Part shown: positions 43,763 through 53,952 of the stretch, one piece after another | Layout: every line of letters starts with the position of its first letter | Position numbering within the stretch: the stretch's first letter is position 1 | Assembly: GCA_963847815.1 (NCBI GenBank) | Contig: CAWKBF010000001.1 | Location: 213,202 to 277,201, forward strand | Length of the DNA: 64,000 nucleotides | Reading direction: 5' to 3' | Origin: an uncultured Acidimicrobiia bacterium | Lineage (GTDB): Bacteria; Actinomycetota; Acidimicrobiia; IMCC26256; JAENVU01 | Made by a program: the position numbers and the translations under genes | The notes under the pieces: generated by a model | Database searches by the model: none | What the model saw: the letters and a program-made list of their open reading frames with translations, nothing else | What the model was told of the DNA's origin: nothing

Positions 43763-44657
43763 TCAGCGTGCCGCGTGGGTCAGGTCCATGGCCCAGTAGA
43801 GGAAGTTCGTGGTCTGCGGGAGGATCTCGTCGACGGTGCTCGTACGGAACGTGACCCTCACCCTGGTAGGTCGTGAGGTACGAGAGGATCCCGGCGGCCT
43901 GCGCTTCGTTCTGCGTGTTGACCGCCCACTGGTAGGGCACGAGCGTGTCGTTGGTGCCGTGGAACATCAGGCTCGGGCGCGTCGCCGGCGGTCATCGCCG
44001 GCGCCGAGGAGCTTGGCACCCGAGAGCGCCACCGCGCCGCGGACCGCCGACGAGAAGCCGGGGTTGCCGCTGGTGCCCGGGTCCTCCGAGTTCGCACCGA
44101 CCTGCAGCGCAGTGATCGCACCGGCGGATGATCCGCCGATCGCGATGCGGTCCGGGTCGATCCTGTACGTCGCCGCGTTCTTGCGCAGGAAGCGCACCGC
44201 AGCCTGCGCGTCGTGCTGCGCGTCGATGATCGCCTGGTCAGGCACGCCGCCTGCCCACCGGCGGCGGCCGAGCAGCCGCTGGCAACGAGCCGGTAGTTGA
44301 TCGAGACGTTGACGTAGCCCTTCTTCGAGAACGCGTTCGCCTCGTCGACGATCTCGCCGGAGGTCTTGTCGCCACCGGTGAAGCTCCCGCCGTGCACCCA
44401 CACGATCGCGGGACGCTTGGTGAGCGTGTCGCCGGTCGGCTGGTACACGTCGAGCTTGAGCGAGATGGTCGCGCCGGGCTGGTCGACCGCGCTGCCGTAG
44501 ACGACGTCCGTGGTCTTGGTGACGGCGCTGAAGACCGGGTCGCGGTAGCGCAGCGGTGCCGCCCCCGAGGGGGTCACGTACGGGTAGCAACCCGTCGCGA
44601 CGACGCGACCGCACCGACCAAGAGCAACCCACGTAGCCGCATCCGACGAACCTGCAT
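43763..44657 (-). CDS. secreted alpha/beta-hydrolase esterase (frame broken about 4 times)
   Basis: MQVRRMRLRGLLLVGAVA.. signal. LDVYQPTGD...RPAIVWVHGGSFTGGDK (HGG oxyanion motif), RIAIGGSSAGAITAL (G-x-S-x-G), MFHGTNDTLVPYQW, YQGEGHVPY. The C-terminus ...FLYWAMDLTHAAR* ends at 43763-65. Confidence 0.7.
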
Positions 44658-44766
44658 GCAATTCCCCTCAAAGGTGACGAACGATCATTCTGCCACGGGA
44701 ATTCGTGTGGTTCCGGCCGGGGGTTCGTGCGGGCCCGATGAAGTCTGGCTCCGGTGCCCGAGCCGC

Positions 44767-44937
44767 CTAGTTCCAGGGCACCGCGTGGTTGACGAGCACG
44801 GAGCAGCCGAACCGCTGCTCGGCGATCCGGCCTGCTTCCTGTTCTGCGTGGAGCGCGTCGTCCGCGTCCACGAACACGACGGTGATGCCGTTGCCCTCGA
44901 CCCGATTCAACGTCTGGACGGTCACTCCGTAGGTCAT
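44767..44937 (-). CDS. small hypothetical protein (56 aa) in a lower-GC spacer between the SWIM gene and the esterase
   Basis: ATG 44937 follows GGAAGG. MTYGVTVQTLNRVEGNGITVVFVDADDALHAEQEAGRIAEQRFGCSVLVNHAVPWN*. Codon third positions are mostly G/C. I recognise no family. An alternative start lies at 44958. Confidence 0.4.
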   Translation of the reverse strand: MTYGVTVQTLNRVEGNGITVVFVDADDALHAEQEAGRIAEQRFGCSVLVNHAVPWN

Positions 44938-45055
44938 CGCTGCCTTCCTGTGCCTCATCAGGACAGTCAACGCCTCGAAGGGCGATTGCGTTCCCTCCCC
45001 GGCGGCTCGCGAGGCAGTTCGTGACCGTGGACACGCTTGAGCCGCGCCCGGTCGC

Positions 45056-45897
45056 CTATTCCTCGGTGTCGGTGTCTGCGTCGCCCTCGCCGTCGACCGG
45101 ATCCAGGTAGAGGTCGAGGTCGAGGGCATTGGCCACCGTCGCGGACGGCATCAGGACCTCCGCGGCGCGGGCGAGCACCTCGTCGCGGTCGAGTGGCTCG
45201 CGCTTGTCGATCGCGGCCAGGGTGCGGGCGAGCTGCGCCTGGCGCTTGCGGTCGAAGACCGCGAGCTCCGGCTCTTCGTCCTCGGTCGCCTCGTCCTCGG
45301 CGTCCGGCCCGGCGAGGTCCGCGTCGGTGACGCCGAGCAGCGCGCCGATGTTCGCGGGCGACTGGTCGAGCTGCTCGCCGGCGACGTAGCCGAACGCCAC
45401 GAGGTGCTTGCAGACGCCCCGGTAGCTGCAGTTGCAGCGGACGGTCAGCGCGGCGTCGACGAGGATCCGGTACTCGGCGAGCTCGCGCCGCAGGTCCCGG
45501 GTGAACGACTCGGGGATCTCGGTGACGGGCTCCGGAAGCGTGTGGTGCAGCGCGCGCACGAAGCGGCGCTGGTCGGCCTCGGGCACCTCGCAGGTGATCT
45601 CGACCTGGTACGGCAGCGGGTCCGAACCCTGGACCTCGCCGTCGATCCGTCCCCGCTTCGAAGTCGAGCGAGACGGTCTGGCCCGCGCGCGCGTACCCGC
45701 GACCCGCGGTTCGCGATGCCCGGGCTGGCCCGATCGAGCACCCGGCGCACGACGGATCCGCCGAGGCCCGGCGCTCGGGCGTTCGGTGCCGACCGGTCGC
45801 GACGAGGCCGTCCTCGACCGGGAGCGGCGGGGGTGACTCGTCCCAGAGGTTCCAGGTCCTGCCCGCCGGGCTCAGTCGGTGTCCGCACGGCGCTCAT
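45056..45897 (-). CDS. SWIM zinc-finger protein (partner of the SNF2 helicase) (frame broken about 3 times in the N-terminal half)
   Basis: SWIM motif CNCSYRGVCKHLVA (C-x-C-xn-C-x-H) in intact ORF 45056..45586, with an acidic C-terminal tail. The N-terminus (RGRGYARAGQTVSLDFEAG.IDGEVQGSDPLPYQVEITCEV) is in other frames. ATG 45897 overlaps the helicase stop (ATGA). Confidence 0.8.
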
Positions 45898-48795
45898 GCG
45901 AGCTTCCCGGTGGCGTGGCCGACGTCGAGCTGCACGAACGACGCGAGCTCGTCGTCGTCGAGCTCGGTGACCATCGTCTCGGTCGAGGCGATCACCGAGC
46001 CGGCGAGCGCGCGCTTGGCTTCGATCACCGCGGCGATGCGCTCCTCGATCGTCCCCGGGCACACGAGGGTGTGGACCTCGACGCCTCGGGTCTGGCCGAT
46101 CCGCCAGACGCGGTCCGATGCCTGGTCCTCGACCGCGGGGTTCCACCAGCGGTCGAAGTGGATGACGTGGTTCGCCGCGGACGAGGTTGAGGCCGGTGCC
46201 ACCGGCGCGCAGCGAGACGGCGAGCACACCGGCGCCCGATCCCGTCGGAGAACTGGTCGCACGATCTCGTCGCGGCGGGTTCGCGCGACGCCACCGTGCA
46301 GCACCGGGACCTCGAGTCCGAGCGCGTGCGCGAGGTGCGGGGCGATGCGGCGGAGGAAGCCGGCGTACTGGCTGAACACGACGACGGCTTCGTCCTCGGC
46401 GATGATCTCCTCGGCCAGCTCGACGAGCCGGTCGAGCTTGCCGGACCGTCCGGCGAGCTCGCTCGTGTCGTCGGCGACGAGGCTCGCCGGGTGGTTGCAG
46501 ATCTGCTTCAGCTTCGCGATGCCCGGCGAACACGTGGAGGCGGCGACGCTTGGTGTCGGTGATCTCCGAGACCTCGTCGAGCATGGCGCGTGCCGTCGCC
46601 TGGTAGAGCGTGACCTGCTCGCTCGTGAGCAGGCAGTCGTCGCGCACGACGATGCGATCGGGGAGCTCGTCGACGATGCCCGGGTCGGTCTTGGTGCGGC
46701 GGCAGACGAACGCGGCGATGCGCCGGCGCAGGTGCGCGAGGCGTTCGGCGTCGGCATCCTCGTGCGCCGGCGCCGCCGAGCTGGTACTGCGACGCGAACG
46801 CGCTGCGGGTCGAGAGCAGGCCCGGGTTCGCGAACGCCATGATGCTCCACAGCTCGTCGAGGTGGTTCTCGACCGGCGTGCCGGTCGCGGCGATGCGGTG
46901 CTTCGCGTTGAGCGCGCGGCTGGCCTTGGCGGTCGCGGTCTGCGGGTTCTTGATCGCCTGGGCCTCGTCGAGGATCACGCGGTGCCACGCCACCTGGGCC
47001 AGCCGGGTGTCGCGGCGCAGCAGCCCGTAGCTCGTGACGACGATGTCCGCGTCCGTCGCCGCGGCGATCGGGTCGCCGCGGGTGCCGCCGTGGTGCACCG
47101 CGACGCGCGAGGCTCGGGGTGAACCGCTCGGCCTCCCGCATCCAGTTGCCCGACGACCGACGTGGGCGCGACGACGAGGGTCGGGCCGTCGTGGTCGTGG
47201 GCGGTGAGCGCGAGGAGCATCGCGGTCTTCCCGAGCCCCATGTCGTCGGCGAGGATCCCGCCGAGCTCGTTGCGCTCGAGCCAGACGAGCCAGTCGAGGC
47301 CGTCGCGCTGGTAGTCGCGCAGGGGGACCTTGACCGATGTCCGGCTCGGCGATGTCGCTCCGCCGGCTCGGGCCGCCAGCGTCCCGGCGAGCGCGCGGGC
47401 GAGCCAGCTGTCGGGATCGAGGTCGATCTCGAGCTCGGTGTCGTCGTCCTCGTCGGTGTCCGCCGCGGCCTCGAGCACCGCCGCCGCATCGGTGGTGCCG
47501 AGCCGGCGGACGAACTCGGCGATGCGCGCGCGCTCGCCGTCGGCGAGGAACGTGAACCGGCCGCCGAGCGAGACGAGGTCGTGGTGCGAGCCGACGAGCG
47601 CGTCGACCTCGGCCGGGTGAGCGTCTCCTCGCCGACGCGGACCTCACCGGTGAGGATGAGGTTGGCGACGTCGAAGCCGGTCGCGCTGCCGCGGCACGCT
47701 GGTAGCTGCGGGTCGAGGTGTGGCGCCGACCGAGGTGCGCCGGGAGCACCACCGACGATGCCGGCGCTCATGAGCTTCGGTGCCGCGGTCTCGACGAGCC
47801 GGACGACGTCGTCGAGCGCGACCGGCGCGACGCACCGGTTCGTGGTCTTTCAGCGCGGGCCAGGCGCGCTGCGCGGCCGCCCACTCGGACTCGACCAGAT
47901 GCGGCGACCGCGTTGACCGGGACCTGGAGCTGGTCGGCGATCGGCATCGAGCGCCAACCGCTCGATCTGCCCGTCCACGTCGGACTCGAGATCGGTGTCG
48001 AGCTCGGGCAGCGGATCGGCCGTGCCGAGCGTCTCGTACCCGTCGTCGTCTTCGACGTGCTCCGGGTGACCGAGCTCGGCCATGACCGCGGTCGCGCGCC
48101 GGGCGTGCAGGCTCGGCACGAGCTCGAAGCCGTCGGCGATCTCCTCGAGCCGCAGCACGAGGCGCGCGACCGGCGGCGCGGCGGGCGGTCACGCGCTCGG
48201 CCCACCGGGTGTAGGTCGCGCTCGGGCGCCGGCCTTCGAGCGCGGGCGGCACCGGGCCGAGCGCCGACGACTGCCAGCGTGTGGATCAGGTAGCCGCACA
48301 GGTCTTCGGCGTCGGGGTGCATCGCGAGCGCGTTCGTCCAGCGCCTCGGCGAGCGGGGCCGCGGACTTGCGGTCGGGCGCCGCGATCCACGCGGTCGCGA
48401 AGTTCGGCAGCGGCCCCGGGAGCACGTGGCCTTCGGCGACGATCCGGCGCGCCGCGACGTAGAGCTCGAGCAGCACGCCCAGCTCCGGGGTGACCGGCCA
48501 CTTGGTCGTGATGATCGCCCGCAAGCGCGTCGGACTCGTCGACCGCGACGCTCCAGCGGCGCTCGAACCCGGTCGGTGCGACCCAGAACGACTGGTGCAC
48601 CGGGCGTGCGCTCGGGCCGATGATCTCCTCGAGATCCTCGAGCTGCGGGTGGCGCAGGCGCTCGTGGGGGTCGGTGAGGAGCCACAGCTGGCCACCGTCG
48701 AGGCGGGCGTCCAGGACGACGCGATCGTCCGGATTGCGAGGTTGGTGCTGGCTCTGGTCGCGACGCGATTCGGGGGACGTACGCGCCGGGGGCAT
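45894..48795 (-). CDS. helZ: SNF2/RAD54-family helicase, HelZ-type (about 12 frame switches)
   Basis: ATPase core: [72 protein letters not shown]-lobe: [10 protein letters not shown]...[33 protein letters not shown]-terminal region starts at ATG 48795 ([10 protein letters not shown]...[15 protein letters not shown]). The pairing with a SWIM gene matches mycobacterial helZ/Rv2102. Confidence 0.8.
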
Positions 48796-48968
48796 CAGTG
48801 CAAGGTATCGGGCGAAACGGTGATCCACCGAAGGCGGGGTTTCCGCGCGTCGGTCCGGACCGGTGGATGCCGGTGCGAAACGTCCGTTGCCATCGGCTCC
48901 TTCCGATCGGGTGATCGGGGCCGAGGGCTGGCAGGATTTCTTCGACCAAGCAGGAGGGGAGGGCCTTG

Positions 48969-49668
48969 ATGCTCGCATCCGTGCACGTGGCCGACTCGGT
49001 GCCCGCGGCCGCCGCGGCTTTGGCGCCCGCACGCCGAAGCCCGCGTGAGGTGGCCGGCCTTCGCCACGCGAACGTCGGGTTCGCAGCGTCACTGAGCGCG
49101 TCGATGCTCCCGCCGCTGGGAGGTCGGGCGGGTCGGGCTGGTCGCGTTCTGGGAGGACGAGGACGCGCTCGACGGATTCCTGGACTCGCACCCCGCGGCC
49201 GAAGCGCTCGCGGACGGCTGGCGACTGCGGCTCGCGCCGTTGCGTGCGCACGGGTCGTGGCCGGGGCTGCCACCAGAGATCCCGACTGCACGCGCCACGC
49301 CGTACGACGGTGTCGCCGCCGTGCTCACGCTCGGGCGACTTCGGTTGACCCAGCTGCCGCGCTTCTTGCGGACGAGCGCCGTGGCCGAAGGCCGCGCGAT
49401 CGAAGCGCCGGGGATGATCTGGGCGACGGGTCTCGCACGGCCGCCGTTCGTCGCGACGTGCTCGTTGTGGGAGTCCACGAAGGCGTTGTCGACCTACGCG
49501 TACGGACGTGCGGAGCCCGCGCACGCGGACGCGATCGCCGAGCAGGACACGAAGGACTTCCACCACGAGACCGCGTTCATCCGGTTCCGGCCGTACGGAT
49601 CGGAGGGTTCGCTCGACGGCAAGAACCCGCTCCTGGCCGACTGGATGCCCACACCCGACCCGACCTGA
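48969..49668 (+). CDS. spheroidene-monooxygenase-like (CrtA-like, dimeric alpha-beta-barrel) protein (frame broken about 2 times)
   Basis: MLASVHVADSVPAAA...GLRHANVGFAA.., VGLVAFWEDEDALDGFLDSHPAAEALADGWRLRLAPLRAHGSWPGLP, then ORF 49240..49668 ...LTLGRLRLTQLPRFLRTSA...IWATGLARPPFVATCSLWESTKALSTYAYG...FHHETAFIRFRPY. Confidence 0.55.
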
Positions 49669-49680
49669 CGGCGGCACGAC

Positions 49681-49880
49681 CATGCGCCGGCGCGTCGATG
49701 ACATCGCGTCGGGTCGCTTCGCCGACGAGTGGGACGCGAATGCCGAGGCGGGCTACCCGACCCTCGATCGCCGGCGCGAGCAACCCGCGGGCGAGGCGGT
49801 GCGCTCGTTCGAGACGGCGCTGCGTCAACAGCTCGGCGAAGGCGCCATCGCCCCTGACCCGCCGCTCGTTCAGGCCATTG
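49681..49880 (+). pseudogene. possible remnant of a ketol-acid reductoisomerase (IlvC) C-terminus
   Basis: MRRRVDDIASGRFADEWDANAEAGYPTLDRRREQPAGEAVRSFETALRQQLG resembles only the last ~55 residues of IlvC (I..G.FA.EW...AG.P.L...R....IE.VG..LR). There is no upstream Rossmann part and no clean stop before the convergent VOC gene. Confidence 0.25.
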
Positions 49881-49888
49881 GCGGTGTG

Positions 49889-50265
49889 CTACTCGGGGAG
49901 GTGGCAGACGGCCTCGACGTTGTTGTCGTCGGGGTCGCGGACGAACGCGCCGTAGTAGTTCGGGTGGTACTCGGGGAAGATGCGGGGCTCGTGGAGCACC
50001 TCGGTGCCGGTCGCGACCGCCGCATCGAAGAACGCGCGGACCGCGCGCGATCCTCGCGCCGCGAACGCGAGCGTGGACCTCGCGGTTCGGGTTCCCGTCG
50101 GTCAGTGGACCGAGCCAGAAGGTCGGGCTGCATCCCGATGCCGAACCCCACGACATCCCCGAAGTCCATGATGCGGCTCGCGCCGAGTGGCGCGAGGACC
50201 GCGTCGTAGAAGGACGCGCTTGCACCGACGTCTGCGCACTGGATCGAGACATGATCAAGCAACAT
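49889..50265 (-). CDS. VOC/glyoxalase family protein (frame broken about 2 times)
   Basis: MLLDHVSIQCADVGASASFYDAVLAPLGASRIMDFGDVVGFGIGMQP (ORF 49870..50265) continues as TFWLGPL...EVH.. and ...VLHEPRIFPEYHPNYYGAFVRDPDDNNVEAVCHLPE* (TAG 49889-91) in other frames. Confidence 0.7.
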
Positions 50266-50474
50266 GACGTCGACGTTACCAACCGTTCTGACTCCGCTCC
50301 GTGGTCACGAACGTGAAATCCGCGGCGCGATCCATCATCGGGGGAAGCGCGCGTCGTAACGTCACTGGCCGAGGTCCCTACCGAGCGTGTGCCCGCCCAG
50401 GTCCGCACGGTGGGGGCCTCTCTTTGTTCGTCGGCTCTCGTCCGCCGGTTTCCGTACGCGCTCGGGTCCGTCGG

Positions 50475-51743
50475 TCACCGTCGGGCGCGACTCGGCTCAG
50501 CGTCGATGAACGAGCACAGGTAGATGTCGCGGTCGAACCCGGCACACGGGAAGACGACCGACTGCAGCGGGCTACCGGTGTCCGCGCGGGCGACGCTCGA
50601 TGCCGCGTCTCGATGTCGAGGATCACGACCTGCTCAGCCATCCGCTCGACGTCGTAGTCCGCGGTCACGAGCTCGCCGGTGTCGGGGAAAGAGGATCATG
50701 TGGCACGCGTGGTTCTGGTGCCGGCGTCCACCGGGTTTCGAGCGCGCCGCCGCTCGCCGATGGAGAAGGCGGTCATCACGCCGTTGCCGCTGTCGTAGCC
50801 GACCGCGATCCGGCGGTTGCGGTCGATGCACGGGAGGGTTCGCGACGATGCCGTTCGGTTCGCCGCAGATCTCGGCGAGCGTCACCGCGCCGGTGGAGAG
50901 GTCGACGCGCACCAGGTGGAGTGGCGCAGTCGAGATGCCGTGGCCGCGGAACGTCCCCGCGTACCGCTCGCTGCCGGCGCCGTTGTCGAGGAACCAGGCC
51001 GCGCCGCCGTCGATGACTGCGTCCCAGCCGTAGGTCTGGCCCTCGATGGTCCGGTAGCGCGGTTGGAACCCTTCGTCGAGCGTACGAGCGTGCGCCCGTC
51101 CCAGCTGCACGCGGAACACCGAAGTGTCGCCGACGACGTAGACGTCGCTACCGATGCCCGAGAGGCGCGCGATCGAGCGCTCCGGGAGGTCGCAGTCGGT
51201 CGACGATCTCGAGCTCCTCGGGTTCGAGAACCAGCAGCTCGGTCGGCTCGGGGGACGGCTCGGTGCCACCGGGCAGGGTGCCGCCGAAGTCCTTCGTGAC
51301 GAGATGGCCGTCGGGCAGCACCACGAAGCTGTTGTACGGACGGACGCGAGGGAGCGTGCGGGACGCGGTGAGGGTCGTGTCCGGGGCGAGGCGGTGCAGG
51401 TGGTTGCCGAAGGCGACGTACAGCGATCCGTTGGCGTGCACCGCGACGCCACCCGGCCAGGTGGGCCCGCCGGGGAGGTCGGGCGAGCGCTCGATCACCT
51501 CGAGCGACTCGGGATCGAACCGCTCGACCCACGAGATCGCATCGGTCTCCACCCGTGTGGCGGAGCAGGTACGCCTCGACCCGGATCCCGCAGCACGACC
51601 ATGGTGGCGACGGCCGCGTCCCGGGACGTGACCTCGAGCTCGTCGTTCCGCATGACATCGAGCCCGGATCCCCGGCGCGGAGCCTGGGTGCGTTCAGGTC
51701 CACCGTCTTCGGCCGGCCAGCGGCTCGGCCAGTAGCCCGTCAT
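50475..51743 (-). CDS. beta-propeller-like protein of unknown function (frame broken about 5 times)
   Basis: MTGYWPSRWPAEDGGPERTQ..., ISWVERFDPESLEVIERSPDLPGGPTWPGGVAVHANGSLYVAFGNHLHRL, YNSFVVLPDGHLVTKDFGG, VYVVGDTSVFRV, GQTYGWDAVIDGGAAWFLDNGAGSE, LHLVRVDLSTGAV, VILDIETG... This is a repeated strand-rich pattern. ATG 51743 overlaps the cyclase stop. The end is taken at TGA 50475-77. Confidence 0.5.
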
Positions 51744-52285
51744 GAATCCTCCGTCAGCTCGAGGCGCTCGACCCGGTAGAGGTCGATCGGGTCCGGGATG
51801 CCCTTCATCATCACCGGGCCGAGCTCGAAGAACTCGACCTCGGCGCCGACCGCTCCGGGCCGACCGGAGACGTCACGCATGCTGCCGGAGCAGAGGAGCT
51901 CACCCGGCGCGGCGACGTCGACGATGCGCGCGGCGACGTTGACGTCGTGACCGATCAGGTCATCACCGCGTCGCGACGGCCGACCCCAGTGGAGGCCGGC
52001 CCGAACCCAGAGCGGCATCTCGTCGGCTGCGGCCGCGACCTCGAAGCCGTCCAGGATCGCGATGCACGCGCGCACCGCCGCATGGGAGTCGGGCAGGAAG
52101 ATGAGCAGGCCGTCGCCGAGCTCCTTCACGATGCGCGCGCCCTCGGGCAGCGCCGCGCTGACGATCGTGTCCTGGGCGCGGAGCACTGCAAGCGCCTCGC
52201 GGTCGCCCTCGGTCGCAGTGAACTCCGTGAAGCCGACGAGATCGGTGAACGCGATCGCGCCCTCGACGGGCGCGGCGTCGGTCAC
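51740..52285 (-). CDS. stand-alone class III adenylate/guanylate cyclase catalytic domain (181 aa)
   Basis: GTG 52285, then VTDAAPVEGAIAFTDLVGFTEFT...IVKELGDGLLIFL...VRAGLHWGRPSRRGDDLIGHDVNVAARIV...EVEFFELGPVMMKGIPDPIDLYRV: CHD metal-binding Asp and transition-state motifs. No additional domain. No frame break seen. Confidence 0.85.
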   Translation of the reverse strand: MTDAAPVEGAIAFTDLVGFTEFTATEGDREALAVLRAQDTIVSAALPEGARIVKELGDGLLIFLPDSHAAVRACIAILDGFEVAAAADEMPLWVRAGLHWGRPSRRGDDLIGHDVNVAARIVDVAAPGELLCSGSMRDVSGRPGAVGAEVEFFELGPVMMKGIPDPIDLYRVERLELTEDS

Positions 52286-52955
52286 GAGTACCGGACCCGG
52301 ATGTCGCCGCTGACCGATTGTGTGGTGATCACGAAGTCGTCGCCGGTCTCGAGCTCGATGCGGTGATCGCCGCTGGAGCTCCGGTGCTGCACCGACGGCT
52401 TCACACCTTGCGGCACCGACACCCGGATCTCGCCCGAGACGGTCTCCACCCGCACCTCCGCGTGCCCCGCCACGTGCACGCTGATGTCCCCGCTCACGGT
52501 CCGGGCCGCGACGGCGTCGCGCTGCCTCGTCGACCACGATCTCGGCGGAGTCCGTCGCGATGCCGCGCCGGTCCGTCGGCCCGCCGGATCCGCACATCGG
52601 CGCTCTCGGACTTCAAGCGCACCGGACCGCGACTCAGGTCGACGCGTCAGCTCTCCGGACTTCGACCGCGCGTCGATCGACGCCGACGTCGTCCGCGCGC
52701 ACGCCGCCGCTGTCGGTCGTGACGCTCACCGCACCGAGCTCGCCGTCGAGCTTGACGTCGCCGGACCTGCTGCCGAGGACCACGTCGGTCCCGTTCGGGA
52801 CCCGGACGGTGAAGTCATCCGAGTCGCCGCTCGATCCTGGTGCCGTCTCCGTCGTGGGTCACGACCCTCGCCCCGTCGACGGCGATGTCGGCGCGTGCCT
52901 CGCCGACGACGTGCACGTCGCCGGAACCGACGGTGATCCGGACTCGCATCGTCAT
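52282..52955 (-). CDS. DUF4097-like (putative adhesin / LiaF C-terminal-like beta-helix) protein (frame broken about 4 times)
   Basis: MTMRVRITVGSGDVHVVGEARADIAVDGARVV..., DFTVRVPNGTDVVLGSRSGDVKLDGELGAVSVTTDSGGV, and intact end SGDISVHVAGHAEVRVETVSGEIRVSVPQG...TTQSVSGDIRVRYS* (ORF 52282..52497). The repetitive SGD[IV] strand repeats are typical of DUF4097. Confidence 0.55.
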
Positions 52956-53003
52956 GACCCACACCCTGCCACTCGACGCAACGCTCGGACAGCTGCCACA
53001 GGA

Positions 53004-53469
53004 CTAGGTGCCGAGTGCAGCCTTGACCGCGGCGGCGACCCGGCCACCGCTCGCGTCGCTCCCGACGCGGGCGCGGACGGCCTTGATCACCTGGCCCATC
53101 GCCTTGCCGCCGGTCGCGCCGTCGGCCTGGGCGGCCGCGACCTCTTCGGCGACGATCGCGTCGAGCGCGTCGTCGTCCATCTCGGTGGGGAGGTAGCGAT
53201 CGAGCACCGCGGCCTGCGCCCGCTCGCGCTCGGCGAGCTCTGCCCGCTGGCCCTGGTCGTAGAGCTCGGCCGCCTCGGCGCGGCGCTTGGCCTCGCCCCG
53301 CAACAGCTCGACCACCTGCTCGTCGGTGAGCTCCACCGGCGTGTCACCCGCGACCTCGGACTTCTGGATCGCAGTCGAGCGCGAGTCGCACGGTGGCGAC
53401 GGTGATCTCGTCCTGGCTGCGGATCGCCTCGGTCAGATCCGACCGCAGCTGCTCCTTGATGGTGGGCAT
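53004..53469 (-). CDS. yqeY: GatB/YqeY domain protein (frame broken once)
   Basis: MPTIKEQLRSDLTEAIRSQDEITVATVRLAL.. then ELTDEQVVELLRGEAKRRAEAAELYDQGQRAELAERERAQAAVLDRYLP...GKAMGQVIKAVRARVGSDASGGRVAAAVKAAL (ORF 53004..53336). Switch near 53370. Confidence 0.8.
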
Positions 53470-53472
53470 GGT

Positions 53473-53952
53473 TCAGGGCTCCAGCACGATGACGGGGATG
53501 TCGCGGTCGGTCTTGGCCTGGTAGTCGGCGTAGTTGCTGTGGTCCGCGATGATGCGTGGCCACAGGTCGGCCTTCTCGGTCGGGTCGGCGACGTGGGCAA
53601 TCATCGGCGTCGTGCGACCGTTCATCAGCACGGTGACCTTCGGGTTGTCGCGCAGGTTGAGGAACCACGCCGGGTTGCGGTCGTCGCCGCCCTTCGACGC
53701 GACGAGCATGACCGTGTCGCCGTCCTGGAGTGGGCTCGTGAGCATCGTCTCGCGCGGCTGGCCGCTCTTGCGGCCGGTGGTGGTGAGCATGAGGACCGGC
53801 ATGCCGGAGCCGCGGTTGAGCAGCTTGCCCTTGCTGGCCCGGAACACGGACTTGTGCAGCGTTGTCACGAGCTTGATGGCGAAGTCGTTCACGCTCCGGA
53901 CACTACGCGCCCCGCGTGTGGTGCGCGGCGGCTTCGTGTTGTCGATCGTCAT
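53473..53952 (-). CDS. deazaflavin (F420H2)-dependent nitroreductase family protein (Ddn-like), second copy
   Basis: ATG 53952 overlaps the MFS stop (ATGA). MTIDNTKPP...FAIKLVTTLHKSVFRASKGKLLNRGSGMPVLMLTTTGRKSGQPRETMLTSPLQDGDTVMLVASKGGDDRNPAWFLNLRDNPKVTV...DIPVIVLEP. No frame break. Confidence 0.8.
   Translation of the reverse strand: MTIDNTKPPRTTRGARSVRSVNDFAIKLVTTLHKSVFRASKGKLLNRGSGMPVLMLTTTGRKSGQPRETMLTSPLQDGDTVMLVASKGGDDRNPAWFLNLRDNPKVTVLMNGRTTPMIAHVADPTEKADLWPRIIADHSNYADYQAKTDRDIPVIVLEP

Noticed and set aside
50266-50474. Possible sRNA or tRNA in the 200-nt gap between the propeller gene and the VOC gene.
   Set aside because: There is no cloverleaf-compatible motif and no strong hairpin. 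It most likely contains just the 3' UTR/terminator of one gene and the promoter of the next.
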